Below are positions 1-9,398 of a stretch of DNA of 64,000 nt, in pieces (within the stretch, counting starts at the first letter, position 1; each line of letters opens with the position of its first letter). Under the pieces are notes generated by a model. The model had not been told where the DNA came from. It did no database searches and saw only the letters and a program-made list of their open reading frames with translations. The position numbers were made by a program, and so were the translations under genes. This DNA is from an uncultured Clostridia bacterium (GTDB lineage Bacteria; Bacillota; Clostridia; Christensenellales; UBA1242), in assembly GCA_944345365.1 (NCBI GenBank), contig CALVMJ010000002.1, forward strand, positions 15,517 through 79,516, in the 5' to 3' direction.

Positions 1-197
1 TTGAGAGGATAATGAATTTTGGTGCATTCGTTGAGCTTGGCGGAGGAAAAGAAGGAATGATTCACATCTCAAAGCTTTCCGAAAAAAGAGTTGAAAAAGT
101 CGAAGATGTTGTAAAAATTGGTGATGAGGTAGTTGTTGAAGTTATCAAAATTGACGACAAGGGTAGAGTTGATTTAAAGCTAATTTCAAAGAAATAA
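1..197 (+). CDS. pnp: Polynucleotide phosphorylase, C-terminal S1 RNA-binding domain (5' end outside window)
   Basis: Frame is open from position 3 (..[60 protein letters not shown]). This is the typical terminal S1 fold of PNPase. A terminator follows, and a ylxY-like deacetylase lies downstream as in Bacillus. Confidence 0.85.
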   Translation, partial: ERIMNFGAFVELGGGKEGMIHISKLSEKRVEKVEDVVKIGDEVVVEVIKIDDKGRVDLKLISKK

Positions 198-203
198 ACT
201 AAA

Positions 204-232
204 AAAGTGGGAATATGCCCACTTTTTTTTAA
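204..232 (+). terminator. Rho-independent terminator after pnp
   Basis: AGTGGG (206-211) / CCCACT (218-223) stem with a 6-nt loop, followed by a T8 run. Confidence 0.8.
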
Positions 233-317
233 AAATATTCATTTTTTTTGAATATTGATATTGACAAACGAATTATTATGGGATAGAATATACATAGATA
301 AAGGTTTGGAGGTTGTT

Positions 318-1568
318 ATGTCAACGATTATTTTTAATATTGTGATAATTTTGTGCATAATTATTGCAGGAGGCTACATACTCTTTGTTCTTGGAAGCTT
401 GATCTTTGCTAACAGGGAAAACAAAGAGGAAAAGAAAGAAGTTGTAGATGTTGATTGTGAAATTAAAATACTAGAAGCAAGACAAAGGGTTATTTACAAT
501 CGTCTTCTTGAGCTTGAAAGAGAGGAGCTTAAAAAGCAAGAGGCTGTTGTAGAAAAAACAGAAGAAGTGGAGAAGAAGGAAGAAATAATAGAAGAGCCTA
601 ACACAGAAGATGTTGTTTTAGAGGAAGAAACATTGAGTGTAGATGAGGAGCAAGTAGAAAAAGCCGAAGAAGAGTTGATTGAAGAGATTGAATCAGTCGA
701 TGAAGGTCAATCTGTCGAAGTAGAGGGTGCTCCTGTGGTTGAAAACAAAAAGAAGATCCCTTCAAAAAGAAGAAGTTTTGCTCTTAAACTTTCTTCGTCA
801 ACTCAATCTACTAAGAAATATTTTAGTGAAGTAACAAACAAGCTAAGACAGTTTGGTCTTACTGCAAGAATAGGAAAGTCAAAAGTTATGTTTAGGGCAA
901 ACAAAGAAGTTTATGCAAAAATGGTTTTTAAAGGGAAAAGAATTGTGTTATGCCTTCCACTTGATCCAAATGATCCAAAATATGATATTGCAGTTTACAA
1001 ACAAATTGATTATTCAAACAAAAAAGGATTTGAAACACTTCCTTTTGGGATTAAGCTTTTAAACAAAAAAATGATGGAACTTGTTGATGGATTAATACAA
1101 GAAGTAATTGCAAAATTTAACTTTGAAGAAAATCCAAAATTTAAGCCTATTGATTATGTTGAAAAATACCCTGATATATACACTGAATTTGAGAAAAATG
1201 GCTATGGATATCTTTTGAAAACAGAAGTTCTCAAAGAAGATGTTGAGAAATATGACGACAGATTTGCAGAAAAAATTATCTTAGAGCAAAAGCTTGAAGA
1301 CAAACAACCAAAGAGATTGATTAAGGCAGAAATCAGAATTGAAGAATTTAATAATCGCTACACAGACACAACAATACCTGTTAACCTTGAAAGGCTTAAA
1401 GCAAGTGATTTAATAGGGAAGAATGTGAATTATTTGATTATTAAAGCAAGTTCAAGAATAGACAAGCCTTTTGTTGTGATTGCCAATGAGTTCGAGCCAG
1501 ACGCTGTAAAAATGATTTGTATGGTCGGAGGAAAGGCAATAAAGACTACATATTCTGAAGTTGAATAA
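318..1568 (+). CDS. Membrane-anchored acidic coiled-coil protein of unknown function
   Basis: ATG 318 lies 5 nt after GGAGG (308-312), so the TTG at 255 in the ORF track is unlikely to be the start. It has an N-terminal TM helix (IIFNIVIILCIIIAGGYILFVLGSLIF), a ~120-aa Glu/Lys-rich linker and a globular C-terminal half. I recognise no family. Confidence 0.6.
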   Translation: MSTIIFNIVIILCIIIAGGYILFVLGSLIFANRENKEEKKEVVDVDCEIKILEARQRVIYNRLLELEREELKKQEAVVEKTEEVEKKEEIIEEPNTEDVVLEEETLSVDEEQVEKAEEELIEEIESVDEGQSVEVEGAPVVENKKKIPSKRRSFALKLSSSTQSTKKYFSEVTNKLRQFGLTARIGKSKVMFRANKEVYAKMVFKGKRIVLCLPLDPNDPKYDIAVYKQIDYSNKKGFETLPFGIKLLNKKMMELVDGLIQEVIAKFNFEENPKFKPIDYVEKYPDIYTEFEKNGYGYLLKTEVLKEDVEKYDDRFAEKIILEQKLEDKQPKRLIKAEIRIEEFNNRYTDTTIPVNLERLKASDLIGKNVNYLIIKASSRIDKPFVVIANEFEPDAVKMICMVGGKAIKTTYSEVE

Positions 1569-1573
1569 TTTTA

Positions 1574-1597
1574 AAAGCAGGCTTGCCTGCTTTTTTG
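1574..1597 (+). terminator. Rho-independent terminator
   Basis: GCAGGC-tt-GCCTGC hairpin followed by T6. Confidence 0.8.
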
Positions 1598-1665
1598 ATT
1601 CTATCAAATCCTAAACAATAGTATAATCCTGGCATATTTAAGTTCATGAGTTCATATTATACAGT

Positions 1666-2388
1666 ATGAAGAAGATTTATTTTGGAGTTTATAAGTTTAG
1701 AAAAATTTTTGTTAATTTTTGCATCGTTTTGCTTCTTGGCATTATTACTGCTGTTGCATTTTTGGGTGGGAATGATTTACCTGTTTCAAACATAACAAAT
1801 GGTGTTTATTACAGTGGACAAAAAGAGGGGAACAAAGTTTCTTTAATGATCAACGTTTATTGGGGCGAGGAATACATCGAAGATATGCTTAATGTTTTCT
1901 CCGAAAAAGGGGTTAAAACAACTTTCTTTCTTGGTGGAATGTGGGTGCTTGAAAATGAAGATTTGGTTATGAAAATTTTAAACGATGGACACGAAATTGC
2001 AAATCATGGCTATAAGCATAAAAGTCAAGATAAAATCTCTTATGATGATGCAAAATTTGAAATAGAGACAACACATAATTTAATTGAAAAATTAACTAAC
2101 CAGCAAATGACACTTTTTGCGCCTCCAAGTGGAGCCTACAACGAGCAAACAGTGGAAGTGGCAAAAAGCCTTGGTTATAAAACCATTATGTGGACTAGAG
2201 ATACTATTGATTGGAGGGATCATAATACCCAATTAATTTATTCTAGAGCTATCAAAGATTTAAGTGCTGGGGATTTGATCTTAATGCATCCAACAGATGA
2301 AACATTACAAGCTCTTCCAAAGATAATTGATTTTGTCTTATCTCAAAATCTAATTGTTTCAACAGTGTCTAATTGCCTGTCAAATTAA
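1666..2388 (+). CDS. Polysaccharide deacetylase (NodB homology domain), YlxY/PdaB-like
   Basis: N-terminal membrane anchor plus NodB-type motifs (TFFLGGMW, HEIANHGYKH, TIMWTRDTIDW). It sits downstream of pnp, like Bacillus ylxY. Confidence 0.8.
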   Translation: MKKIYFGVYKFRKIFVNFCIVLLLGIITAVAFLGGNDLPVSNITNGVYYSGQKEGNKVSLMINVYWGEEYIEDMLNVFSEKGVKTTFFLGGMWVLENEDLVMKILNDGHEIANHGYKHKSQDKISYDDAKFEIETTHNLIEKLTNQQMTLFAPPSGAYNEQTVEVAKSLGYKTIMWTRDTIDWRDHNTQLIYSRAIKDLSAGDLILMHPTDETLQALPKIIDFVLSQNLIVSTVSNCLSN

Positions 2389-2566
2389 AAATTGCTTTTT
2401 AATTCTATCCTAGGAAGGAGGCTTTTTACCTCCTTTCTTAATTTTTTTGTTATTTTTAATTAACGATTTTATATCACAAAAAAAGTCTTTTTTTTTCATT
2501 AAAAATGTAAAAGTATGTTTGATTTTTTTTATTTATGTGTTATACTTAAATCATTAAGAGGGGATT

Positions 2567-5215
2567 ATGGCCGTATTTAAAATTAAAGATAAGAAAAAAA
2601 ATCCAAGAAACATTAAAAAAAATTCTGGAATAGTTTTATTGGTTGTTTCTTGTGTGTTTTTGTTTTGCCTTATTACAAACATAATTCCTTTTATGCACAG
2701 TTTTTTGCTTGGTACATTTGGGCTTTTTGGCTATCCAATGTCGGCGTTAATGTTTTTAGTTGCAGTAGCATTAATAAATAATAAAAATTACACACAATCC
2801 AAAAAATACACTATATTTTTGAGTTTTGCTGTTATATTTTTATTGTGTGTTATTCAAATGGGGATAGTTGGGCCAGAAAAAGTTGGTGAAAAAACTCTTA
2901 ACTATGGAGAGCATCTTGCTCTTTCTTATTCTAAAAAATATACTGCAGGTGGAATACTCATTGGACTTTTGACCTCATCGCTTACTTATCTTATTGGTTA
3001 TGTTTGGGCGTATGTTGTCTTTTGTGTTCTTTTAGTTATTTTTGGAAGTCTTTACGCTGATTGTCTGATTCATCTTATTAAAGAAAAGAGGGAAGGAAAA
3101 CCTGTAAAAATATCTATAAAGGAAATAAAAAAGCAAGATAAAATTCCACAGGTCAACATTGTTTCAAAGGGGGAAAGAGAAAAGATGTCCAAAAAGCAAG
3201 AGGAAGCGAAAGAATCCCTTGGACTTTTAAGGAAAAATCCTGAAACATTTGAAAAAAAGATAGAGAAGCTAGAAGAAAAAAAGGAAGAAAAAATTTCGAT
3301 TTTAACTCCACCAGAAATTGATTTAGACAAGTTCTTTGGAAGGAAAACATCTGATGACAAAGTACCACCAACTGGGTCAGAAATCAGAAATGGGATTTCA
3401 AAATTAAAAGAAGAATCTATTTCTCCTGAGCAAACAATTCATAATGAAAGTTTTTCTATTTCAAGACAACCTCGTCTAAGAGGAAATCTTCCTGAAATTA
3501 AGCCAGAAGAGGTCGTGAATGAAGTTGACGAAATAATCAAAGAAGTTGTTAAGGAAAGTGGTGGAGAGGTAACTTCGAGTGACCATAGCAATCAAGATCG
3601 AAGAAGAGAGGACTTTTCGAGGGAACGAGGGCTTGACAGAAGAATTGATAGAGAGCAAAGCAATTTTTCAAGCGACAGAGAAAAGCGTTTTGTTGATTTT
3701 GAAAGAAAAACTGAACCGCTTGATTCAAAAATTGAGACTGAAGAAAATGTGAAACCATATACTTACTCCAAACCCCCAATAGATTTAATAACAACCTCTT
3801 CAACTGATATGAGTGATTTAGATGAGGGAATTGCCAACAAAACGATAATTTTGGAAAACACATTGCAAGAGTTTGGTGTTGCTGCAAAAGTTCAAGATGT
3901 GGTTATTGGACCAGCAGTTACAAGGTATGAATTAGAAATGCCATCAGGTGTTACCGTAAAAAAAATCTTAAACCTTTCAAGCGATATTGCGTTAACATTG
4001 GAAGCCAACGGAGGTGATGTGCGAATTGAAGCTCCTGTGCCGGGTAGAAATGTTGTTGGTGTGGAGGTTCCAAACGACAAAGTTGCAACTGTCAGCTTAA
4101 AAGATGTGCTTGGCTCTGTTGAATTTAAAAACTCTAGGTCGCCTTTATCATTTGCTGTTGGAAAAGATATAACCGGCAATGTTATAGTTGGAGATTTGGG
4201 AAAAGCACCACATTTATTGATTGCAGGAACTACTGGTTCTGGTAAGAGTGTTATGCTTAATGGAATCATTTTAAGTTTGATCTACAAGTCTTCTCCCGAA
4301 GATGTTAGGTTAATTCTTATTGATCCAAAACAGGTTGAGTTTAAGATTTATGAAGGAATTCCTCATTTACTCACTCCAAGAGTTATAACAGATGTAGTGA
4401 AGGCATCAAATGCACTCCAATGGGCTGTTGACGAAATGGAAAGAAGATTTAAACTTATAGGAGATGCCTTTGTTAGAGACATTGGAGAGTATAACAGGCA
4501 AGAGGCAGTTCTTTCTGGAAAGAAGAAGAAAATGCCATATATTGTTTTAATAATAGACGAATTTTCTGATTTTATGATGACAAGCAAGAAAGAAGTTGAG
4601 GACAGAATTATAAGACTTGGACAAAAAGCCAGAGCAGCAGGAATTCATATGATTTTGGCAACCCAAAGGCCTACAATAGAAAGTGTGACTGGTGGAATTA
4701 AGGCTAATTTTCCATCAAGAATCGCATTTAAGGTTGCAGGCAGAGTAAATTCTGATGTTATACTTGGAATGAATGGTGCTGAAAAGTTGCTTGGCAGAGG
4801 AGATATGCTCTATGCACCTATAGAATATAGCGCCTCTCCAAAAAGGGTTCAAGGCTGTTTCATAACAACGGAAGAAGTGTCAAATATTGTTAATTATGTC
4901 AGCCTAAACAATGAGCAGGATTTTGATCCAGAAATTCAAGACGCAATTAACAATGTTAAAAGAAATGGTGCAAGCAACGATGAAAAAGCAATGGACCCAT
5001 TGCTTCCAGAAGCTCTCAAGATCTGTATTGACAGTAATCAAGCCTCTGGCTCAATGATTCAAAGAAGACTTAGTATTGGATTCCCTAGAGCTGGCAAGAT
5101 TATAGATCAAATGACGGCATTTGGCTATATTTCAGCCGCTGATGGTGCAAAACCAAGAAAAGTTTATATAACCTTAGAAGAATATTATAAAATATTTGGA
5201 AATAACTACGATTAA
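2567..5215 (+). CDS. ftsK: DNA translocase FtsK/SpoIIIE
   Basis: N-terminal TM helices and a long charged linker. The motor domain has Walker A GTTGSGKS and Walker B VLIIDEF. A C-terminal gamma winged helix is present (GSMIQRRLSIGFPRAGKIIDQM). Confidence 0.95.
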   Translation: MAVFKIKDKKKNPRNIKKNSGIVLLVVSCVFLFCLITNIIPFMHSFLLGTFGLFGYPMSALMFLVAVALINNKNYTQSKKYTIFLSFAVIFLLCVIQMGIVGPEKVGEKTLNYGEHLALSYSKKYTAGGILIGLLTSSLTYLIGYVWAYVVFCVLLVIFGSLYADCLIHLIKEKREGKPVKISIKEIKKQDKIPQVNIVSKGEREKMSKKQEEAKESLGLLRKNPETFEKKIEKLEEKKEEKISILTPPEIDLDKFFGRKTSDDKVPPTGSEIRNGISKLKEESISPEQTIHNESFSISRQPRLRGNLPEIKPEEVVNEVDEIIKEVVKESGGEVTSSDHSNQDRRREDFSRERGLDRRIDREQSNFSSDREKRFVDFERKTEPLDSKIETEENVKPYTYSKPPIDLITTSSTDMSDLDEGIANKTIILENTLQEFGVAAKVQDVVIGPAVTRYELEMPSGVTVKKILNLSSDIALTLEANGGDVRIEAPVPGRNVVGVEVPNDKVATVSLKDVLGSVEFKNSRSPLSFAVGKDITGNVIVGDLGKAPHLLIAGTTGSGKSVMLNGIILSLIYKSSPEDVRLILIDPKQVEFKIYEGIPHLLTPRVITDVVKASNALQWAVDEMERRFKLIGDAFVRDIGEYNRQEAVLSGKKKKMPYIVLIIDEFSDFMMTSKKEVEDRIIRLGQKARAAGIHMILATQRPTIESVTGGIKANFPSRIAFKVAGRVNSDVILGMNGAEKLLGRGDMLYAPIEYSASPKRVQGCFITTEEVSNIVNYVSLNNEQDFDPEIQDAINNVKRNGASNDEKAMDPLLPEALKICIDSNQASGSMIQRRLSIGFPRAGKIIDQMTAFGYISAADGAKPRKVYITLEEYYKIFGNNYD

Positions 5216-5224
5216 GAGGTGTAA

Positions 5225-6544
5225 ATGACAAAAGAAGAATTATTGCAGAAAAAAATTTCAGCAATTTCACTTGGTTGTGATAAGAATAGAGTTGATTTAG
5301 AAAAGATATTGTTTTCATTAAAAACCTGTGGTTACACAATCGTTGAAGATGTTTTAGATGCAGACATTGTAATAATAAATACTTGTGCTTTCATTCTTCC
5401 AGCAAAGGAAGAGTCAATCTCTCAAATTATTGAAATGGAGTTTTTAAAAAGAAAAGGAAGGATCGAAAAAATTCTTGTAACAGGGTGCTTCCCTGAAAGA
5501 AATTTTGAGGAGCTTAAAGAAAATTTCCCTGATATTGACGCGTTTGTGAGAATAAAAGAGAATGAAAATATTCCAAATATTATTGGGGGACTATATAACC
5601 TCTCTCAAGACAATCAAAAAGTAAAAAAAGGAAGGCTTTTAACGACTCCATCTAGTTATGCTTATCTAAAAATTGCAGACGGCTGTAACAATGCTTGTTC
5701 ATATTGTGCAATTCCAAGAATAAGAGGAAGGTATAAAAGCGAAACTATTGAAAATTTGGTGTCTGAGGCGGAGGAACTTGTGGAGAAAGGTGTGAAGGAG
5801 TTGATCTTAGTTGCACAAGATGTTTCTAGATACGGTGAGGATCTTTATGGAGAAAATAAGCTTATACCTCTTTGTAAAAAACTTATCAAGATTAAAGGCT
5901 TAACAAAAATCAAACTTCATTATTTATATCCAGAAAAAGTCACAGATGAATTATTAGATTTTATTTCAAAAGAAGAAAAGATTTGTGATTACATTGACTT
6001 GCCTTTACAACATATTGATGATAAAATATTAAAGAGCATGCGAAGAAGGATGGGAGAAGGTGATACTAGGCAATTATTAGCAAAGATAAAGGAGAATTAT
6101 CCAAACATTGCTTTAAGAACTACATTTATTGTTGGTTATCCTGGTGAAACGGGTAAAATATTCAAAAAGCTGTGCGATTTCATTAAAGAAACAGAATTTA
6201 ATTATGCAGGATTTTTCCCTTATTTTAGAGAGGAAAACACAGCTAGTTACTTTATGAAAGGGCAGATACCTAAATGGAAGAAACTCTATAGATTAAAAAA
6301 GATAAAAAAGCTACAAGAAAAAATTATGTCAAAGAATATAGTAAATTCTATTGGTAGTGAAGTAGAGGTGCTAGTTGATGCTTTTGACGATTCAAAGGGC
6401 ATTTATATTGGGCATACCCAAAAGCAATCGCCTGGTGTTGATTTTGGAGTTGAAGTCGATGGGGAGAATATAAAAGTGGGTGATTATGTGAAGGTTAAAA
6501 TTTTAACCTTTGATGGTAATAATTTTGGAGGTGTAAAATGTTAA
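5225..6544 (+). CDS. rimO: Ribosomal protein S12 methylthiotransferase RimO
   Basis: UPF0004 N-domain (SLGCDKNRVDLE, IINTCAF), radical-SAM CNNACSYCAIP, and a C-terminal TRAM-like barrel (GSEVEVLVDAF...VKVKILTF). Confidence 0.85.
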   Translation: MTKEELLQKKISAISLGCDKNRVDLEKILFSLKTCGYTIVEDVLDADIVIINTCAFILPAKEESISQIIEMEFLKRKGRIEKILVTGCFPERNFEELKENFPDIDAFVRIKENENIPNIIGGLYNLSQDNQKVKKGRLLTTPSSYAYLKIADGCNNACSYCAIPRIRGRYKSETIENLVSEAEELVEKGVKELILVAQDVSRYGEDLYGENKLIPLCKKLIKIKGLTKIKLHYLYPEKVTDELLDFISKEEKICDYIDLPLQHIDDKILKSMRRRMGEGDTRQLLAKIKENYPNIALRTTFIVGYPGETGKIFKKLCDFIKETEFNYAGFFPYFREENTASYFMKGQIPKWKKLYRLKKIKKLQEKIMSKNIVNSIGSEVEVLVDAFDDSKGIYIGHTQKQSPGVDFGVEVDGENIKVGDYVKVKILTFDGNNFGGVKC

Positions 6545-7239
6545 ATTTACCAAATAAAATTTCATTAATAAGGATAGCCTTAATACCTTTGGTTATATTT
6601 TTCTACTTAGCGGATTTCATTCCTTATGGTAAGCTTGTGGCTTTTATTATTTTTGTTGTCGCAAGTTGCACCGACTTTATTGATGGCATGATTGCTAGAA
6701 GAAGAAATATGGTAACTGATCTTGGCAAATTACTTGACCCAATTGCGGACAAATGCTTGACAATGGTTGGATTAATTTTAATTATTTCTTGGCCAGTTGC
6801 AGGTGGACTTCCTATTGTTTCGTCAAACCCTAACTATGTTGGAATTGTGGGAATCGTCGGAACAATTATAATTCTTGCAAGAGAGTTTATAATCAGTGCT
6901 TTTAGACAACTTGCTGCAAGCAAAAACTTTATTATGAAAGCAGATAAAATGGGAAAACTTAAAACCGTTTTCCAAGACATCGCTATTCCGGGGTATATCT
7001 TTTATGCTTTTTTAGTAACAGAGTTTGAACTTAGCAAAACAGTTAATGCTGTTTTTGGGTTGCTTTTATTAATTTTATTTTGCATTTCAGTTTTGCTTAC
7101 AATTATTTCGGGGATCAACTATATACTCAAAAACAAAACCCTTTTGCTTCCTGAAAAAAAACAAAATAGCTATGATAATGTTGTTGAAAGCAAATTAGAC
7201 AAGCCTGTTGTAAAAAAGAATAAGGATGAAAAGAAATAA
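6538..7239 (+). CDS. pgsA: CDP-diacylglycerol--glycerol-3-phosphate 3-phosphatidyltransferase
   Basis: CDP-alcohol phosphatidyltransferase motif DFIDGMIARRRNMVTDLGKLLDPIADK, multi-TM topology, and pgsA-cinA-recA synteny. Confidence 0.9.
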   Translation: MLNLPNKISLIRIALIPLVIFFYLADFIPYGKLVAFIIFVVASCTDFIDGMIARRRNMVTDLGKLLDPIADKCLTMVGLILIISWPVAGGLPIVSSNPNYVGIVGIVGTIIILAREFIISAFRQLAASKNFIMKADKMGKLKTVFQDIAIPGYIFYAFLVTEFELSKTVNAVFGLLLLILFCISVLLTIISGINYILKNKTLLLPEKKQNSYDNVVESKLDKPVVKKNKDEKK

Positions 7240-8263
7240 TATGCAATGTAAAATTGTCATACTTTCAGATAAAGTATTAAAAGGCGAAAAACATATTGAT
7301 ATTTTTAAAATTTCCAAAATACTACTTGGATATGGTTTGTTTTTAAGCGAAGTAATTATTAAAGGTGAAGACGAAATTTTTGATGATTTTTCTTCTTCTA
7401 CCTTTTTGTTTTTACATGACGAAAAGATAGATGATTTTATTTCTAGATCAAAAGTTTTCTACTCTACAAAAAGTGAAATAATTAATGGTGAGGCAGTTTT
7501 GGCAGGAGAGGAAGCGTTCATTTCAGTTATTCCTATTGAGGCAGATTTAACAAAAATTATTAAGGATTGTCTTGAAGTGATAAGAATAAGATTTAAATTA
7601 AATAAATTATCAGTTTTTCGTCTTTTTGGTAGAACTGCAAATCAAGTTGAAGAGCTTTTAAACAAAGAAGATATCAAGTCCGAAAATTTTGTTTTAGGAG
7701 ATGGGTTGCTTTGCGACATTTTTTTGGAAAATGATTCAAACTCGTCGCTAATTTCAGAAGATGAAGTCAAAATAAGTCAGCTTTTTGCAGATAACATATA
7801 TGCACAAAGTAATCTCGAAATGCAAGAGATAATTTCAAAAATGCTCTTGCTATCAAACTTAAAAGTGAGTGTTATGGATTCATTCACGGGCGGTGAAATT
7901 GCAAGAACTTTGTTAAGAAATAATTCAATAAGCAACATTGAAAGCCAAACTTTTTCGGTTATTTATGAAAACAGCTTTGTAAAAGACTCAAAACAAGGCA
8001 CATGTTATAAAAACGAATCAGAAATGGCAAGGCAGATGGCATATTTAAAGGCGGGAAGCGAAAACATTGATATTTCACTCGTCGTAACTGGGCAAAAAAC
8101 AGAAAATGGATATAAAGTTTATGTCGCCATTGCAAATAAAAAATTAATTGATATCTATAATCTAGCAATAGAGGGATCTGTTGATGATGCTATTTCTGTT
8201 GCCAGAGATTTTGCATTATTTAACTTAATAAAAAAACTTAGAGTGAAAGATTTTGAAAAATAA
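7226..8263 (+). CDS. cinA: Divergent CinA-like (competence/damage-inducible) protein
   Basis: It occupies the conserved slot between pgsA and recA. The C-terminal PncC-like segment reads [17 protein letters not shown] (canonical ESCTGG). The N-terminal half only weakly resembles the MoCF-type CinA domain. 345 aa is shorter than typical. Confidence 0.5.
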   Translation: MKRNNMQCKIVILSDKVLKGEKHIDIFKISKILLGYGLFLSEVIIKGEDEIFDDFSSSTFLFLHDEKIDDFISRSKVFYSTKSEIINGEAVLAGEEAFISVIPIEADLTKIIKDCLEVIRIRFKLNKLSVFRLFGRTANQVEELLNKEDIKSENFVLGDGLLCDIFLENDSNSSLISEDEVKISQLFADNIYAQSNLEMQEIISKMLLLSNLKVSVMDSFTGGEIARTLLRNNSISNIESQTFSVIYENSFVKDSKQGTCYKNESEMARQMAYLKAGSENIDISLVVTGQKTENGYKVYVAIANKKLIDIYNLAIEGSVDDAISVARDFALFNLIKKLRVKDFEK

Positions 8264-8313
8264 AAAAAATAGTGTATTATAAAAGAGTAAAACTTTTTTT
8301 AGAGGTGAAAGTT

Positions 8314-9318
8314 ATGGAAAAAAAGACAAATATAAAAAATGACGCGTTAGATCAAGCACTCTTACAAATTGAAAAGCAATACGGAAAAGGTTCTATTATG
8401 AAGCTTGGAGATAATATTGAGCAAAAAATAGATGTTATTTCTACCGGCTGTTTGACCCTTGATATTGCACTTGGAATTGGGGGAGTTCCTCGTGGAAGAA
8501 TTATTGAGATTTACGGGCCAGAATCATCTGGTAAAACGACAGTTTCTCTTCATATCATTGCACAAGCACAAAAAGAGGGCGGAGTTGCTGCTTTTATTGA
8601 TGCAGAGCATGCGTTAGACCCTTCATATGCAGAAAAGCTTGGAGTTAATATAAAAGACTTATATGTTTCTCAACCAGATAATGGAGAACAAGCCCTTAAT
8701 ATTTGTGACACTCTTGTCAGGTCAGGTGCAGTTGACATTGTGGTTATTGACTCAGTTGCAGCCCTCACTCCTAAGGCAGAGATTGATGGTGAAATGGGAG
8801 ATAACCATGTGGGGCTTCAAGCGAGAATGATGAGCCAAGCTTTAAGAAAATTGACAGGAATAATTAACAAATCTAACACAACAGTGATTTTTATTAATCA
8901 GTTAAGAGAAAAAGTTGGTGTTATGTTTGGATCTCCTGAAACAACAACGGGAGGAAAGGCATTAAAATTCTATTCCAGCGTGAGGCTTGATGTAAGAAAA
9001 ATTGACGCAATTAAGGAAGGTGTAGATATTATTGGGAATAGAACAAGGGTTAAGGTTGTTAAAAACAAAATGGCGCCTCCATTTAAGACAGCAGAATTTG
9101 ACATAATTTATGGAAAAGGGATTTCAGCTGTGGGATGCATAGTTGACCTTGCTACTGATCTTGGTATTATCAAAAAATCTGGTTCATGGTTTTCATATAA
9201 TGATGAGAAGATTGCGCAAGGCAAAGAGAATGTTAAAGAAGCTCTTTTAAAAAATCAGGAATTATATAATGAAATCGAAAAGTTGATTTTAAAGCAGGTT
9301 AAAACTAGCGAAGAATAG
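8314..9318 (+). CDS. recA: Recombinase RecA
   Basis: ATG 8314 follows AGAGGTGAAAG. Walker [10 protein letters not shown], plus canonical L1/L2 regions ([22 protein letters not shown]). Confidence 0.97.
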   Translation: MEKKTNIKNDALDQALLQIEKQYGKGSIMKLGDNIEQKIDVISTGCLTLDIALGIGGVPRGRIIEIYGPESSGKTTVSLHIIAQAQKEGGVAAFIDAEHALDPSYAEKLGVNIKDLYVSQPDNGEQALNICDTLVRSGAVDIVVIDSVAALTPKAEIDGEMGDNHVGLQARMMSQALRKLTGIINKSNTTVIFINQLREKVGVMFGSPETTTGGKALKFYSSVRLDVRKIDAIKEGVDIIGNRTRVKVVKNKMAPPFKTAEFDIIYGKGISAVGCIVDLATDLGIIKKSGSWFSYNDEKIAQGKENVKEALLKNQELYNEIEKLILKQVKTSEE

Positions 9319-9331
9319 AAATTTTTAATAT

Positions 9332-9363
9332 AAAAAAAACGGATAATTATTATCCGTTTTTTA
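9332..9363. terminator. Bidirectional terminator between convergent recA and PBP genes
   Basis: ACGGATAA-t-TTATCCGT perfect hairpin flanked by an A-run on the left and a T-run on the right. Confidence 0.8.
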
Positions 9364-9398
9364 TCGTATATTTCTTAATATAATTTCTTTAGAGTTGC

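Noticed and set aside
2567-5215. The long low-complexity Glu/Lys/Ser/Arg-rich region of FtsK as a possible inserted element
   Set aside because: Variable charged linkers between the membrane and motor domains are a normal FtsK/SpoIIIE feature, and the frame is continuous.
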